64,000 nt of DNA from Glaucostegus cemiculus (lineage: Eukaryota). Made by a program: the position numbers and the translations under genes. The notes under the pieces were generated by a model. The model was not told the DNA's origin. It ran no database searches and saw only the letters and a list, made by a program, of their open reading frames with translations. Positions 1-12,705 of the stretch are shown piece by piece (within the stretch, counting starts at the first letter, position 1; every line of letters begins with the position of its first letter). The stretch spans positions 7,068,001 through 7,132,000 of the forward strand of contig CDPCPM010000026.1 in NCBI GenBank assembly GCA_976551045.1, read 5' to 3'.

Positions 1-19
1 ATTGTCCACTTAGTGTTTT

Positions 20-163
20 TTCAGTGAGTGGTAGAATCTGGGGAAAGTTGATGGGAATGTGGGGGAATAAAATGGAATTGGTACTGGATTAACGTAAACA
101 GATGCTTGACAGTCAGCACTGACTCAGTGGTCCATAGAGACTGTTTCCATGCTGTATGGCTCT
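20..163 (+). mobile_element. 3' end of a CR1-tailed SINE or CR1 LINE
   Basis: Ends GACTCAGTGGTCCATAGAGACTGTTTCCATGCTGTATGGCTCTA, a decayed form of the HE1/HER1-type tail. Confidence 0.6.
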
Positions 164-169
164 AAGTAT

Positions 170-490
170 CCTCGGGCAGCACCTTTCACACCCACAACCT
201 CTACCAGCTAGAAGAACAAGAGCAGCAAAAGTAAGGAACACCACCACCCGGAACCTTCCCTCCAAGCCACATACCAATCGAACTTGGAAATATATCGGCA
301 TTCCTTCACTCTCACTGAGTCAAGATCCTGGGACTCTCTTTCCAAGAGCATTGTGGGTATACCTATCTCAAGGACAGCAGCAGTTCAAGAAGGCAGCTCA
401 CCACCACCTTCTCAAGGGCAATTTGGGATGGGCAATTAAATGCCTGGCTCAGCCTGTGAAGCCCACACCCCTTGAATAAATTAAAAGAAA
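170..490 (+). mobile_element. 3' end of an elasmobranch CR1/L2-superfamily LINE
   Basis: TTCAAGAAGGCAGCTCACCACCACCTTCTCAAGGGCAATTTGGGATGGGCAATTAAATGC...CCCACACCCCTTGAATAAA, a terminus common in shark genomes. Confidence 0.7.
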
Positions 491-1904
491 CTCTACACCT
501 GATTTTGTACTTAATGCAGAGTTGGGCTTGTATGAGGTGTGTGAGAACAGCATTATCTCCTATATTCCCACCTTACAGCACATTTACATGGTGGAGCAGC
601 CAAATTTTTGCTCCCTGCTAGTCATCTCTGTCTTTTACCCTGCCAGTCCTCTGCTGCATAGTAGTTGCAGGGGTCCTTGCAGCAGATGGTATGATTCTAC
701 ATCTGGCTATCACTTCCTCCAAACCCTGCCAAGGAGGTGTGCCAGAGCGTGCAGATATGTTAGGTGACCTCTTTTGTGCAATGCTTGATGGCACTGAATG
801 CCTGCAGTGGAGAGTATTCCCTTTAGATTCTCAAAAATGAATGTGTATTTTTAAAAAAGCCTTCCTCTCACTCCCTTTTGGCTGCCAGCATCAAGGGCAA
901 CATTTCAGCCTTTCCTGCCAAGGCCCTTTGCATTGCCTAAATAAAACACAAAGAGGAAAATGAAGCAGTGAAGATGACTCTCTTGTAAGACAATCCATCT
1001 AATTTTGCTTCCATTTAAGATAATGGGGAATAAGTCTGGCTGAGCTCCACAAGGAGCTTATGATTTGCCTGATTTATCTCCTTCTCTGTGGCTTGTTCAG
1101 GCACTGAAAATTTACTCCCCTGAACATTCTGAAGAAACACAACTACAAGTAAGCTCTAATCCACAAAAGATTTTTCAAAATTAACAAATCACCTAAATTG
1201 GGCAAAATCTTTTTAAGTCTGTTACAAATTGTTTTGCATTTTAGACTTCATTGACAGTGCATCACTGTTGAGTTCATGGATTTTTCTCTATGGCTGATAC
1301 ACAGCTGGCTACCAAATAGAATTGTAGCAGATTTCATCTTGTTCTTTCCTCACCCAAATGAAAGACCTCGGGTCAAAAGTTTTCTCCATCTGATCCACCC
1401 AACCGATGATATCTGCGGAAGGGTTCAAAGTTTGCACATCATTTGAAATCAGGGAATGAAATATTGGCCCTTACATTGCAATTTTAATGTCCTTCATCTC
1501 CAGAGCTACTGAGCTACCAAAGGACTTTGGCAGATTATAGTTAACATCATTGCTCTGCAGAAATTATTATTGATAGAAACAAGAATTAAATGAAATTAGA
1601 ATTTTGTGCAAACCAAAATGGAAATTATAACTTAATTATTTGTACTCTTGGTTACTTGGTTATTTAAATTTTGAACATGGATCTGCAAGATGTTACATTG
1701 GGGCTGGAAATATTGTAATGCTTTGGGTGAAAAGTGGGAACGGACCCAAAGTCCATGCTGGTGATGCTTGGCAGTGTAGTACTGTCAAAAGAATTTTAAC
1801 CTAAAATCTGCATTCATCAATGTGATTAAGAAAAACTGACTTCTGTGAGTTCATGTTGTTGCAAATACCAAAGTATCAAAAGCTTTAAGGTGACAGGGGA
1901 TCTT

Positions 1905-2062
1905 AGGGATAAGATTGGTTGGTATCTGGAATGCACTGCCAGAGGAGGTGATGGGAACAGATACAATTATTATGTTTAAGAGCCATTTTGACAGACACTT
2001 AAACTGACAATGCAGAGAAGGATACGGCCCTAATGCGGGCAAATGGAATTAGTGTAGATGAA
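1905..2062 (+). mobile_element. CR1 LINE 3' fragment
   Basis: TGGAATGCACTGCCAGAGGAGGTG (WNALPEEV), FK..LD..L motif, GGATACGGCCCTAATGCGGGCAAATGG. Confidence 0.75.
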
Positions 2063-2699
2063 TTCACAGAGACTACAGATTACAAACAGAATTTGAAAGA
2101 TCAGTATTCAATGTTCAGTTTGCCATTTATCTGAAGGGCAGCCTTCAGCATGAAAAAGTGAAATTCAGTTCCCTTTAGATCTTGCTGTCAATGAGATTTA
2201 TGGGGACTGATTAGCATTTGATGTATTCTTATTTAAAATAAGTTTTCCATTCTGAAGTAAGTTTAGTTAAATTCTACATGTTGGCATTGAAAGGCCCATT
2301 AACAGTAGTAGCACTAAAATCCATTATGTTTGCAGAAAATACCCAATCTCCATCTGTTTCTGAATCACAGTTTAACATCAGTGACACCACCAAATGTTTT
2401 TCTGTAAGCTCCCTTGCTCTACATCTTCTGGAATTTCCATTATATTAAAACCAGAACAGAACAAATTCCACTTGGCTCTGTTCTTTATCCTAGTTCATTG
2501 TGCATCTTTAGTCAAATCTGAGGTAGTCAAACTGGAGCCACATAGCCAGTTTTGGCTCCAAGTAAAATGTTCATTGGCTCCTGCACCCAAAGTCAGGATT
2601 GCTGAATTGGCTTCAACTCAGCAAAGTACGTTCCTTAATGCCAAACTCCTCGGTGCAGGCTTGTAGTCTGAATTTATATAAACTTCTCTCATCTCTCAC

Positions 2700-2920
2700 A
2701 CTTTCTCTCTTTCTTGTGACAAGCTCTGAGAGGAATATCCTGATTGACAGCAAAGCAGCCAATGACCCATGGCACTGACATATCCATCAAATTCCTACTT
2801 CTGACTAAGCAGCCAGTTCATTTGATCACTGGGAAAATGGCTGAAGCTGAGCACTACATAACTTTGGGAATAAGCAGGCCAGATGATTTATTCAGAGGGT
2901 TCTCTCAGTTAATTGTCCAC
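2700..2920. promoter_or_regulatory. Candidate conserved enhancer (TALE/Hox site cluster)
   Basis: TGATTGACAG 2741-2750, CCAAT 2759-2763, TGACA+ATCCATCA 2776-2789, TGATTTAT 2884-2891. Confidence 0.5.
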
Positions 2921-3789
2921 TTTAGCTATATTTATGATGTTATGTGGAATTATCAGAAAAAAATATCAAAATAATTAAAAGAAAATAACTCTGAATTAAA
3001 TGTGATCAAACTGAAGAATATAGACAAAAATAAGCTTTGTTACAGAAACATTGCAAAATCCATGTAAACGCATTAAGGAATTAACTTAATGAATAGTGCT
3101 ATTTAAAATGACATGATGACTTTAATAATAGGATATTCCAGATGAACATTGGTGCTTTTACCCATTAAGCAAATAAATACAGCTGTGGTGCCTTGCTGAG
3201 CACATTAATATGATTAAATGTTTTATAATCTAAGGAGAGCATATTAAAAGTGCAATGTCCCTTAATTTGTTTTATTTAATTAGAAGCTGAAGTAGGATAC
3301 CTGTGGAAAATATAGACCATCCTCTGAAATCTGGAGCAGCAGAGGCCAACACCTTAGTTAAGTAATCCATTACCTTCACACAAAAAAAAAGCTATTTTGG
3401 TGACTTAACAAACTTGTAGCCAAGGCATCCAACCAACAGGATCATCGGCTTAATCTCAGGTCTGTTGGACTCAGCTATGATGAAGGAATGAATGCTGACA
3501 TAAGGTGTCTCTAGGGTCATGTAGTGCCTCCATCTGTGAACACTATTCAGATGGATCAGTTCACGGAGTATGATCACTCCATAACCTTTCAAACAAGAGT
3601 AGAACCTATTTCTGATTAGAAAGGACATCAGTCCTTGGAATTTGATCGTGTAGCCTATGTTTTTTGTATGTGCCATGGGACTGAATAGAACATGGTTGGG
3701 ATCACATAATGGGCATAGTGCATTTTGAAATGTTGAATTGCATGTATAACACGCATACTCATAAGGGATGCTGTGTGTTGCTGGGCTGA

Positions 3790-4722
3790 TTGTGAAATAG
3801 ACATTTGGGACTGCAACTTTCACATTGGACCATGGAGACATGACAAGAAACAATGTGGGAACCAAATGGAAAAGCAAGTCCCAACAGAAGAAAGCAGTTG
3901 TTCTCAGGTGCAGCATAAAGGCATTGCCTTTTCAGGATATGAACAGGCTGCAGATGAAACATAACATGGAAAATTATGGTGATATATTTTGGTGGGAAGA
4001 ACAAGAAGAGACACTATGATGGGTATAATTCAAAAGGGGGTACAGGGGAAGAGATATTCAAAACATAAATCTTTGAACGTGGCAGAAGAGCTTGAGGCAG
4101 TGGGTAAAGAAGTATTCAGGATCCAAGGCTCCATACATAAAAAACATATGGAACAACAACAAAGAAATATGATCAACCTCTCTAAACCAATGGTTCATAA
4201 GAAGTATTTTGGTCACTATCCAATATTGGTCACTATGCTTTAGGAAGAACCAAAAAGATTTGGAGAGGGGGTTCACTAGAATGACTCCAGGAACAAGGCC
4301 CCTTATGTTATGGAGAAAGGCTGGAAAAACTGGAAACATTCCACTTCAAGTAAAATTCCGTTGAGAGATACAGAGTTAAAAATGTTCAAAATGTCAGGAC
4401 AGAGTGAAACTGCTCCCATTGGTGGAAGAGTGGAGAACCAAAGGACATAGACGTAAGGTGTATGGCAAAAGAACCAAAGGTGATGTGAGGAAATAACTTC
4501 TTTAAATACAATGAAGAATCTGGAGAATACTGTCTGAAAGGGTAGTGGAGGTAGGTTCAATTTGACCTTCAAAAGGGAATTGGATCAATATGTAGAAAGA
4601 GAAAACACTTACAGGGCTATAGAGATAGACCATGGGAGTGGGACTGGCTTTATCTCTCTTACAGAGAGCTAACATGGACTAGAATGGGCCGAATTGCCTC
4701 CCTCTGCTGATACCATTCTGTA
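3790..4722 (+). mobile_element. Decayed CR1 LINE (ORF2 C-terminus plus 3' UTR)
   Basis: Broken QMKxN/FGxKN, ERxFTRMxPG and RTKGHRxKV motifs; tail ATGGGCCGAATTGCCTCCCTCTGCTG. Confidence 0.75.
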
Positions 4723-6413
4723 CCTCTGTCTTTGATAGGAAACATTTCACAGAAAACATTAATGAGGACCCAGCTCAGATGCAATGATGATTCAGATTCT
4801 GGGCATTGTTCAGGTAAGACCTCTCTATCATTTGGGAATGTCGACAATGGGTCATGAATAGAGAAGGTGTCCCAAGTGCTTCAGTTCTCACTTTACACTG
4901 TTTTCTAAAGCAGCATCGAAACAGCAAGATGGCTGTCCCTGTGTCTATCTCAGTACTCTTCACAGCAGTTCACCCTGAGCTTTCCCATGACTTTCAGCAG
5001 CAGTTCCAGTTGAAAATCACTGCACTGAAAACTCCAGGAGTCATGAGAAATATTTCAGGTAAATTTACAATTTGTGCATGTATCTTGAAATGTCAGAATC
5101 ATTTAAACCATCAATGATCACACTACCTGCATATCTGCATGAAAACCATTCCTCACTGGTGCCAGGCACACTGCCACCAGATCTACATGCAGCACAAGTT
5201 TTACCAAGGATGTGGCCTGGATGATGGCTATACACTCAGTGATGCAAATTTCTAAGCCATCATTTCTTAGAAAATACAGGGAATTCAGGATCAAAGTCAT
5301 CTTCTACAATAGTTTTGATGGCCTAACTGTGACTGGAAGCAATTTCACCAAATTTTATTTTCTCTAATTGCCCGTATTTTCATTTCTTTTTCACCCTGAC
5401 CAGGTTTACACATGTTTTGGGTGGGATTCTATATATTGGCATATATAAAGATTGGAATTGTTCAGGACAGACTAGTGCTTCTTTACATATCCATCATTTT
5501 TGTATATTTGAATTCAAGGGAGGAAGAAATTGGTGAGGAAAATCAACTTTTTTCAATTGCTTATGATTTTTCACAGATAGCAATATTTAGATTGATATTG
5601 CAAATAAAAGAAAAAAATTATGGGCCACTGTAGTTTTGATACATGAGACAAGATTATATCAGTACAGAAGCTGCTGGATTATTCACTGCAGCCAACAATT
5701 AATGGCTGAAATGAACTATTTCACATTTGGCTTAGGGAGATATTTATGCTCTGTCTTTTGTCTGTTGACAGTTAAAAATCTTGAATTTGCTTTTAGTACA
5801 TGCTAGGTTTTTTTTTCTGCCCTGTATTTTCTTGGTGATAGGAATTTGGAAAAGGTCCTTAAATTGTAAGTGTTTTGTTCTTTGTCTTTCCACTTTCCTT
5901 CTCAGAATCCAGTTCTTTAATCCAAGTGTCTAAAACTGGAATTAGTGACAGTTGATGACCAACTGGAAACATTTCTCAGCCCTAGATTAATATGATGTAA
6001 AGCAGACTTAATAAAATAGAACGAGTAGGAAACAGCCTGCCATTTTACACTCTTGGTGATTGCATTATGATATAAAACAGAATAATAACTTGGCTTTACA
6101 GTGTTGAAAGCTAATCACTTGCATCAATGAAAGCAATATATTGCTGCTCACATGAGGAAATATAGTTTGAAATTATAGAATCATTTAACATGTTCTTTTA
6201 AGTTCCTTTCATTTTTCTCTCTCTTCCCAAGTCTTCTCCTACAGACACCAGGTGGACCAGCACTGCTGGAATAAGAGAGCAAGAACACGGCCTGGTATAA
6301 CTTATCTGCCAATACTTTGCAAACAGACGCATGACTGGACGTATGCCACTCAAAGATACAAAGCTAATTTTTGACTATACATTTGGGAAATTATCTTTTC
6401 TGAGAATATTAAA

Positions 6414-6615
6414 TAAGAACAGAAAATGCTGGAAACACTCAGAAGATCATGAAGCATCTATGGAAAGAGAAATAACTGATGTTTAAGTCCAAGACACTTC
6501 ATCAGAACCTTGAGCCTGAAATGTTAAATATTTCTCTTTCCACAGATGCTGCCTGACCTGTAGAACATTTCCAGAATGTTCGGTCTCCATTTCAAATTTC
6601 AAGCATCTGCAGATT
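6414..6615. mobile_element. Penelope-like element terminal fold-back (inverted pseudo-LTR remnant)
   Basis: Arm CAGAAAATGCTGGAAACACTCAG...AGCATCTATGGAAAGAGAAATA is inverted against TATTTCTCTTTCCACAGATGCTGCCTGACCTG...TTCCAG. Confidence 0.65.
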
Positions 6616-6648
6616 TTGATTTTGATTTTCTGAGAATATTATTTTTTG

Positions 6649-6808
6649 GCTGTAGATGCTGAAATCTGGAGCAAAAAACAAACTACTGGAGGATCATTGG
6701 GCTGAGCAGTATCTGATGCATGGTCTCGACCCATAACGTTGAAATTCCTTTTTCTTCTCAGATGTTGCTTGACCTGCTGAGTTCCTCCAGTAGTTTGTTT
6801 ATTGCTTG
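6649..6808. mobile_element. Second Penelope-like fold-back
   Basis: AGCAAAAAAACAAACTACTGGAGGA pairs with TCCTCCAGTAGTTTGTTTATTGCT; centre CTGATGCATGGTCTCGACCCATAACGTT. Confidence 0.65.
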
Positions 6809-6995
6809 AGGGGGATATAATTGGGAGGGAGAGACCGTGGTGTGCTTAACATTATTTTTGTTAAGTTATAGGAAGAGTAATATGTTTTTCACTACGAAAG
6901 ACTATAAATTTAAGATTATTAATTTCATATTGAAAACAGAATATGGATGTTAATGATAGCAGTATAAAACAAATTGCTCCACAAAAAAAGAGAAA

Positions 6996-7172
6996 GAAAG
7001 GAGTTGATCTAATACAATGCTTTTCATCACCTTCTAGTGTCCTCTAAAGCTTCTCAGTAAAAAAACAGTTCTTCTGAATAAAGATTCTGTTCTAATACAA
7101 GATATCATAGCAGCTAATTTGTCAAAGTCCCCTGAAAAGCAACAGGAGGAATGAGTAGGTAATCTATTTTGA
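6996..7172 (-). mobile_element. Deu-SINE (SacSINE1/AmnSINE1-like) 3' fragment
   Basis: Degenerate reverse complement of the Deu domain and L2-type tail. Confidence 0.45.
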
Positions 7173-8824
7173 TAGTGTTTAACTTATTTTGGTTTACTCA
7201 TTCATTTCAAAAATGACTGCAGACAATTTTAATGCAGGTGCACTTGATGTTGTCAAGACTGATGGCTTAGTAGGAAAATAGAATTGATTTCCAACAACAT
7301 TGACTATTCTCCATTGAGTTCTAAAGCAAAAATCATTGTCTTTGCTCTTTTAGGCACAATATCCAGGTGAATATTTTCATAATTTTGCAAGGTGCAACCT
7401 GAAGAATGACATTTTTAATTTAGAGGTGCAGAAATGTTTTGACAGTTTAATCTTATGGACCCAGTACTGACAGCAACCTGGAGGGGGTTTGTTCTAAGTT
7501 TGCCATTATCCACTACCTTGATCCCATGGTTCGTCCTGACACAATAGATGTTCAAAATCAATTGATAAATCTTTGCATTGACTGGTTTTGAGCCACTTCT
7601 TCTGGCTAATCCCTTTAATCCGGTTACTAGAGAACAACCCCTTGCAGAAATATTGTTTCAGAAAAATACAAAAGAGATAAGTTTTTTTTTAAGCAATGAA
7701 CATTTATTCTGTTAAAAACATTAAAGAAACAAGCAGATTTGAACTGAAGGATCGGACTTGCATCCAGTCCTCCCACTAAGACCATTCTTAGTCATAAATT
7801 CTTGCATCAGTCAATAACATATATTACAGACCATGTCAAGATAACCCAGTTACCTATGGTAATGTCTATGAATGGAGTTGATTCCAATCAATTCAGAGCA
7901 CTGCAATGTGCTAGTGTTAACAGTTCCCTTTCAAATCTGAAAGGATTTTTTTGCTATGTATGGCAACAATAAACTAATGCATTCTTTTACTACATGTCCC
8001 ATGAGGAGATGTATTGCAATCCTTAATAATAATTCTCATAAATTTTAAGATGACAAGTAAGTATTTTTTATGAAAATAAAGAATTAATATTAATAAGCTG
8101 TTGACAAGTGTAGCATTTTGTGACCAAAGGCACATTCATTGCAACTGTAAAGATGTGAATAATGCTGTGAAATGGAATTTGATGTTAATGATTTTTCCCT
8201 ATGTGAACCCTTCATGTTACTACAGAAATGGTTCCAACTTGCAACCATGCAACAATTTGTCACTTAATTAACGGTAAGTAAAGTCAACTACATTTTTTAC
8301 AGTTGATTGTTCAGAGAGAGAAATAAAGCCTATGCCCTCCCACATGCAACATTTCTTATTTGATTTACAGCAATGAAATGGAGGGGAATAAAAGATTCTT
8401 GCATCTACAAAACTGAATCACTTTTTGATAGCTGAACTGTTCCTATTCAGGGTTCTTGTGAATTAAAATAGAAGTACCTGCTAAGAACAGACATACCTCT
8501 GAAATGCATAGCTTTCAGTCCAACACCAGTCTGGAACCAAGTCCATTTTGTGGATGAAAAGCTTCACATAGAAATGCCAAATCCATTATTCTTGATCTAC
8601 TCTGAAGTGCGCACTCAATTCTGCTGGAGAAGGTTTGGCTGCCTTCAGACTTGGAACTGGCACAAAGTAAAGGCCTAGAGGGAAACCTGGAGTTACTCTG
8701 ATGCTATCCAAGATCTTCTCTAATATGCTTCTGGACAAAGTGAATCAGTCATGTAACGTGGCCCCACATCATTCACGTAAGTGGAGAATTATTACTGTTT
8801 TACCTTTTGATCTATTATTTCAAG

Positions 8825-8970
8825 TGCAGTGGTGCATTGGCAATGTACCTTAGAGTACTGTCCTATCACCTCAGGCACCTGGGTTTAATCCAGGCAGAAC
8901 AGATGGGAGGGAAGTCTCCAGTCCTTGATAACTATTAAGGATCTTTATTGAAATGAGTATTAGCAGCCCG
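8825..8970 (+). mobile_element. LF-SINE-like 5' fragment
   Basis: CCTATCACCTCAGGCACCTGGGTTTAATCCAG...GAAGTC...TATTGAAATGAGT parallels the recalled LF-SINE head CCTTTCACCTCTAGGTCACTGGTTCGAATCCAG...GAAAGTC...TATGTGAAATGAGT. Confidence 0.45.
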
Positions 8971-9344
8971 ACAGGAAAAGAGGATGTATTGTCAGTATGA
9001 AGTGCTTCCCCTCATTCTTCATACATACCTAACTTCCAGAGCTATGTTCTTTCTTATGGATTCAACTCGTCATTTAAAGGTTTCTCAGCCATTAGCCTTT
9101 GGCTGTCAATGTGATGATATCTTTGTGTCCATAGGCTGCCTGGAAGTTGTATTCCCATTTGTGCTGGTTTTGACCTGCTGTATTCTCCAGTAACTAAATG
9201 CAACTCCCAACTGGTTCATATTTAGGAAAATGACCTGAGATGCCAAAATACTCACAACCATACAAAATGGTGCCAAATTCTGATCTTCCAAACCAATGTA
9301 TATCCTACTGATCAGTGGTCAATGATTTATTACAGCATGGGAAT

Positions 9345-9705
9345 ATACCAGACCAGAGTCTGGATAATTTATCCAGAGACATAAGTTCAAATCCCCCTGC
9401 TGCTGTTGAGGAATTCACATCTAATTTAATTTGATGAAAAAATGGTGGCCATAATCATTATCCGACTGTTGTAAAATTCTATCTAGTCCACTAATTCCCT
9501 TCTGGAAAGAAAATTCTGCTTACCTCACCTTGCTGATATATGTCACTTAACTGCCTCTGAAATGGTCAGGCAAGCTATTCAATTCTATCAAATCTGCTAA
9601 TGTTAAAAAGTGATCAGAACAAAACTGGATAAACCACACAGCATTGACCTGGGCATAAGATGAAGATATGGGAAAGTTTTCTGTCCAGTTGACTCTGAAA
9701 ATTGG
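9345..9705 (+). mobile_element. Decayed tRNA-headed SINE / LINE 5' region
   Basis: ATCCAGAGAC...GTTCAAATCCC B-box, TTGTAAAA..ATCTAGTCCACTAAT..., CTTAACTGCCTCTGAAATGG...GCAAGC motifs of a common shark repeat. Confidence 0.55.
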
Positions 9706-11769
9706 GAAGGCTGCTCCCAAAGGCCAGTCAGGCAAAAGCTATCCAGTTTTCTAAATGCCCATTTAGAAATTATTAATAAAAATAATGTACATAGAGTTTT
9801 AAATAATTAAATACACAAAAGCAAAATATTACCTTAGGTTTTTCCCTTTTCATAAAAGCCCTTCTTTTCCATTCAAAGTCAATGGACTTGCTAATCATGC
9901 ACTAGGTGAAAACTGGAACAGATTCAGTGGGCAGAAGAGGTGGGAACTTCAGCTAGTTCATGCTCCATTCCTAGACTCCATGCAGAGCCTTATGCCAGTG
10001 TACAGCCAGCAAACTGTCAGCATTTTACACCGAGCCCTAGCCCATTATTTACTATTGATGAGAACCTGTATGCCAAGATCTCACTATATATGAAGGACTC
10101 ATCTCTTTCATTACACCTTTTTCAAATTCTGCTGAAATTCTCAAGCCAAAAGTTCATTGATGTAGCAATCACCATTTGGAGACAGGATTGGTGATATCTC
10201 TTCAATGGTTTGAAGTGCCTTTTGTGAGTAGTCCATGTCTCCAAGGCATTGAGATAAGTTTCCCCAGTAGACCATGAGCATTGTGCCTGAATGAAGTCAT
10301 AATCTTTATTATGTTCTTCACTGTGATTGACTGCTCCAATATGGGAACTGATCCAACTTTTCCTACACTTATCATGGATTTTTATTGTCAGAGGGAGTTT
10401 TGCACATTAGGAGCAGTTGGTAGAGGACTTTTGTTTTGTAATGTTAAATGAAAGGTCCATTCTCAGTTAATGAGTCAATGACAACTTGGAGCTCAGCCTC
10501 CAAATGTGTACACAAGCAAACATCGTCCCTGTCCTGGAGTTCAATTAATAGAATTGGAGTGACCTTGTTCTGGAGTGGAGGTGACAGAGGCTGAACAGTT
10601 TCCCATTTGTCCTACAGATCAGGCCCACTCCAGCAGGAGGGTTGTTGGAGTCAGATCAAGCATTGTGGTGAAAAGGATTGAAAAAAATGGGGTGATTATG
10701 CATCCTTGTTAACATACTGTAGGTCTGCACTGAGGCTGAATCTGTTGTGGATCTTTTGGTTAAGATCTTGGTTGAGATCTTAACAAAGACAAAAGATGGA
10801 GATGAATGTCTGTGGACTGCCAAAATTGAGAAGAATGCTCCACTTTTGATTGACAAAGTGAAAGGCTTTTAAGAGAGCAAAAAAGGCCATATGTACCATT
10901 TGGGTCTACTGTCTGCAATGATATTGGAGTTGACACACATTGATACTTGATGAAAAAGAAAACTTAAAATCTGCCTTCAGCCTAGCAGTAATGGCTACTC
11001 ATTGGTTAATTGGCCTTTCATGTTTTTTTCCATTAACCAATCAAGAAATATCAATCATCAACATTTTATCTGTAAGACAATTAATATTTCTCTCCTTCCT
11101 AACAACGTTAGTTTGTTGTGCACAAGCACTACAATTGATAGCACTTCCTGTTTTTGCTAATGGGAGACTTCAATCTCCAGTGACAGTTGTACAGGTTATA
11201 GGGCTAAGATAATATATTATCCATGGTGAGGGAACTCAGGCAATGCCCTTTCAGGAAAAGAGAGTGAAGGAGGCAATAAAATTCACTCCATGTTACTCAG
11301 TGACCTAGCAATTGGTTCACAATGTAAAGCACACTGATGTAGGTTTTCCTGAACAGAAGTAACCTTGTGCACACTGCACGCTGAGCAAATCAGTTGGGTA
11401 AAGGGGTCATCAAACAGATAATAGCGTAATGTTCTTCTGCAAAGTATATTCCTGCATGATCCTTTTAACAGTTATACACTATACTTGTGAATGGGATGCA
11501 ACACTAAATAACATATGGAGAATGTGCTTTCACTTGATTAAAAAAATCCTTAAATTACAATAGTTACACAAAATAGGAAGAAGAACATGGGAGGGATAGA
11601 TTAAATCAGGTCCTACACTGGAGTGCAGTGACCATTGAGTGACAGTACAGAAGTCCCATAACAGAAAACGTGCAACTTTTCAATAACGTTTTCAAATGGT
11701 AGAGGAAAGTGGTTTTGTTGAAAAACACAAGGCATTACCTATCTTCTCATTGATTCAGGTGAGAGGAGA

Positions 11770-12084
11770 ATGTGTAATACTAGAGAGTATGCATTTAAGG
11801 TGAAAGAGGGAAAGTTCAAAGGAGGTCAAGGTCAAGATTTTTTTTATGCACAGGAAGTAGTTGGTGCCTGGAATGCACTGCAAGAGGTGGCAGTGAAGGC
11901 AAATACGATCAAGGCTTTTAGAGGCTCTTAGCTAGGCATTTGAATGTGCAGAGAATGTAGGGATATGGACCTTGTGTCGGCAGAAGGGATTAGTTTAGTT
12001 AGGTGTTTAATTACTAGTTTAATTAGTTCGGCACAACATCGTGGTTCAAAGAGCCTGTTCCTGTGCTTTATTGTTCTATGTTCT
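11770..12084 (+). mobile_element. CR1 LINE 3' end
   Basis: HxFKVxGGKFKG...GAWNAL-like motifs; tail GGCACAACATCGTGG...GCCTGTTCCTGTGCT...TGTTCTATGTTCTA. Confidence 0.85.
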
Positions 12085-12289
12085 AAGAGAAGGAGCAGAC
12101 GATTTTTCTGCTCATTGAAGTTCCTGCAGGCAGAGCAATGTTGCACCCATCCTCCTTCTATGAAATCACCTCCAGAGAAGTATGCAAAGAGTGTACAGCA
12201 ATCAGTAGACACGTAAAATTATACACAAAGCAAAAACTTTGGTAATAAATTATGGGGCAAATTGAGGTTTTTATTGGAAACAATGAATG

Positions 12290-12705
12290 GACCTGTATTT
12301 TAAAATGATGACATTCTCAGCATACACAAAGTCTTCTACAATTACTTTTGTGTGCACTGGCAATTATTTGGTAGCCAAATGCAATAACTAATTTACACTC
12401 AGTCAAGTCTCACAAACAGCAAATAAGATGATTGACCAATTAGTCTGCTTTCTGATGGTGCTGGTCAGAATAAACATTGCCAAGGACACAAATAAATGTT
12501 ATTCTTTTATCTAAATAATGTTTATAGGATTGTTTAGAAGGGATTGAAGTAGATATTCAGACTCTCCATTTAACATGTCATCCAAAAGAAAAGACCTCCA
12601 GTGATACAGTACCTACTCAGAGTTGCTCTAAAAATTTAGTTCAGATTCATTTCTTGGATTGGACCTGAACCCACTGTCTATTGGCTCAGAGGCAACATTA
12701 TTGAC
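12290..12705 (-). mobile_element. Deu-SINE, old near-full-length copy
   Basis: TCTCACAAACAGCAA...GACCA, TTTAACATGTCATCCAAAAGA..ACCTCC, TGAACCC...GGCTCAGAGGC: reverse complement of the Deu domain and tRNA head. Confidence 0.6.

Noticed and set aside
3392-4572. ORFs of 80-174 aa
   Set aside because: Overlap decayed CR1 or random sequence; non-protein-like composition
10759-10784. Hairpin GTTAAGATCT-N6-AGATCTTAAC
   Set aside because: Too short for a pre-miRNA and built from local GATCTT repeats
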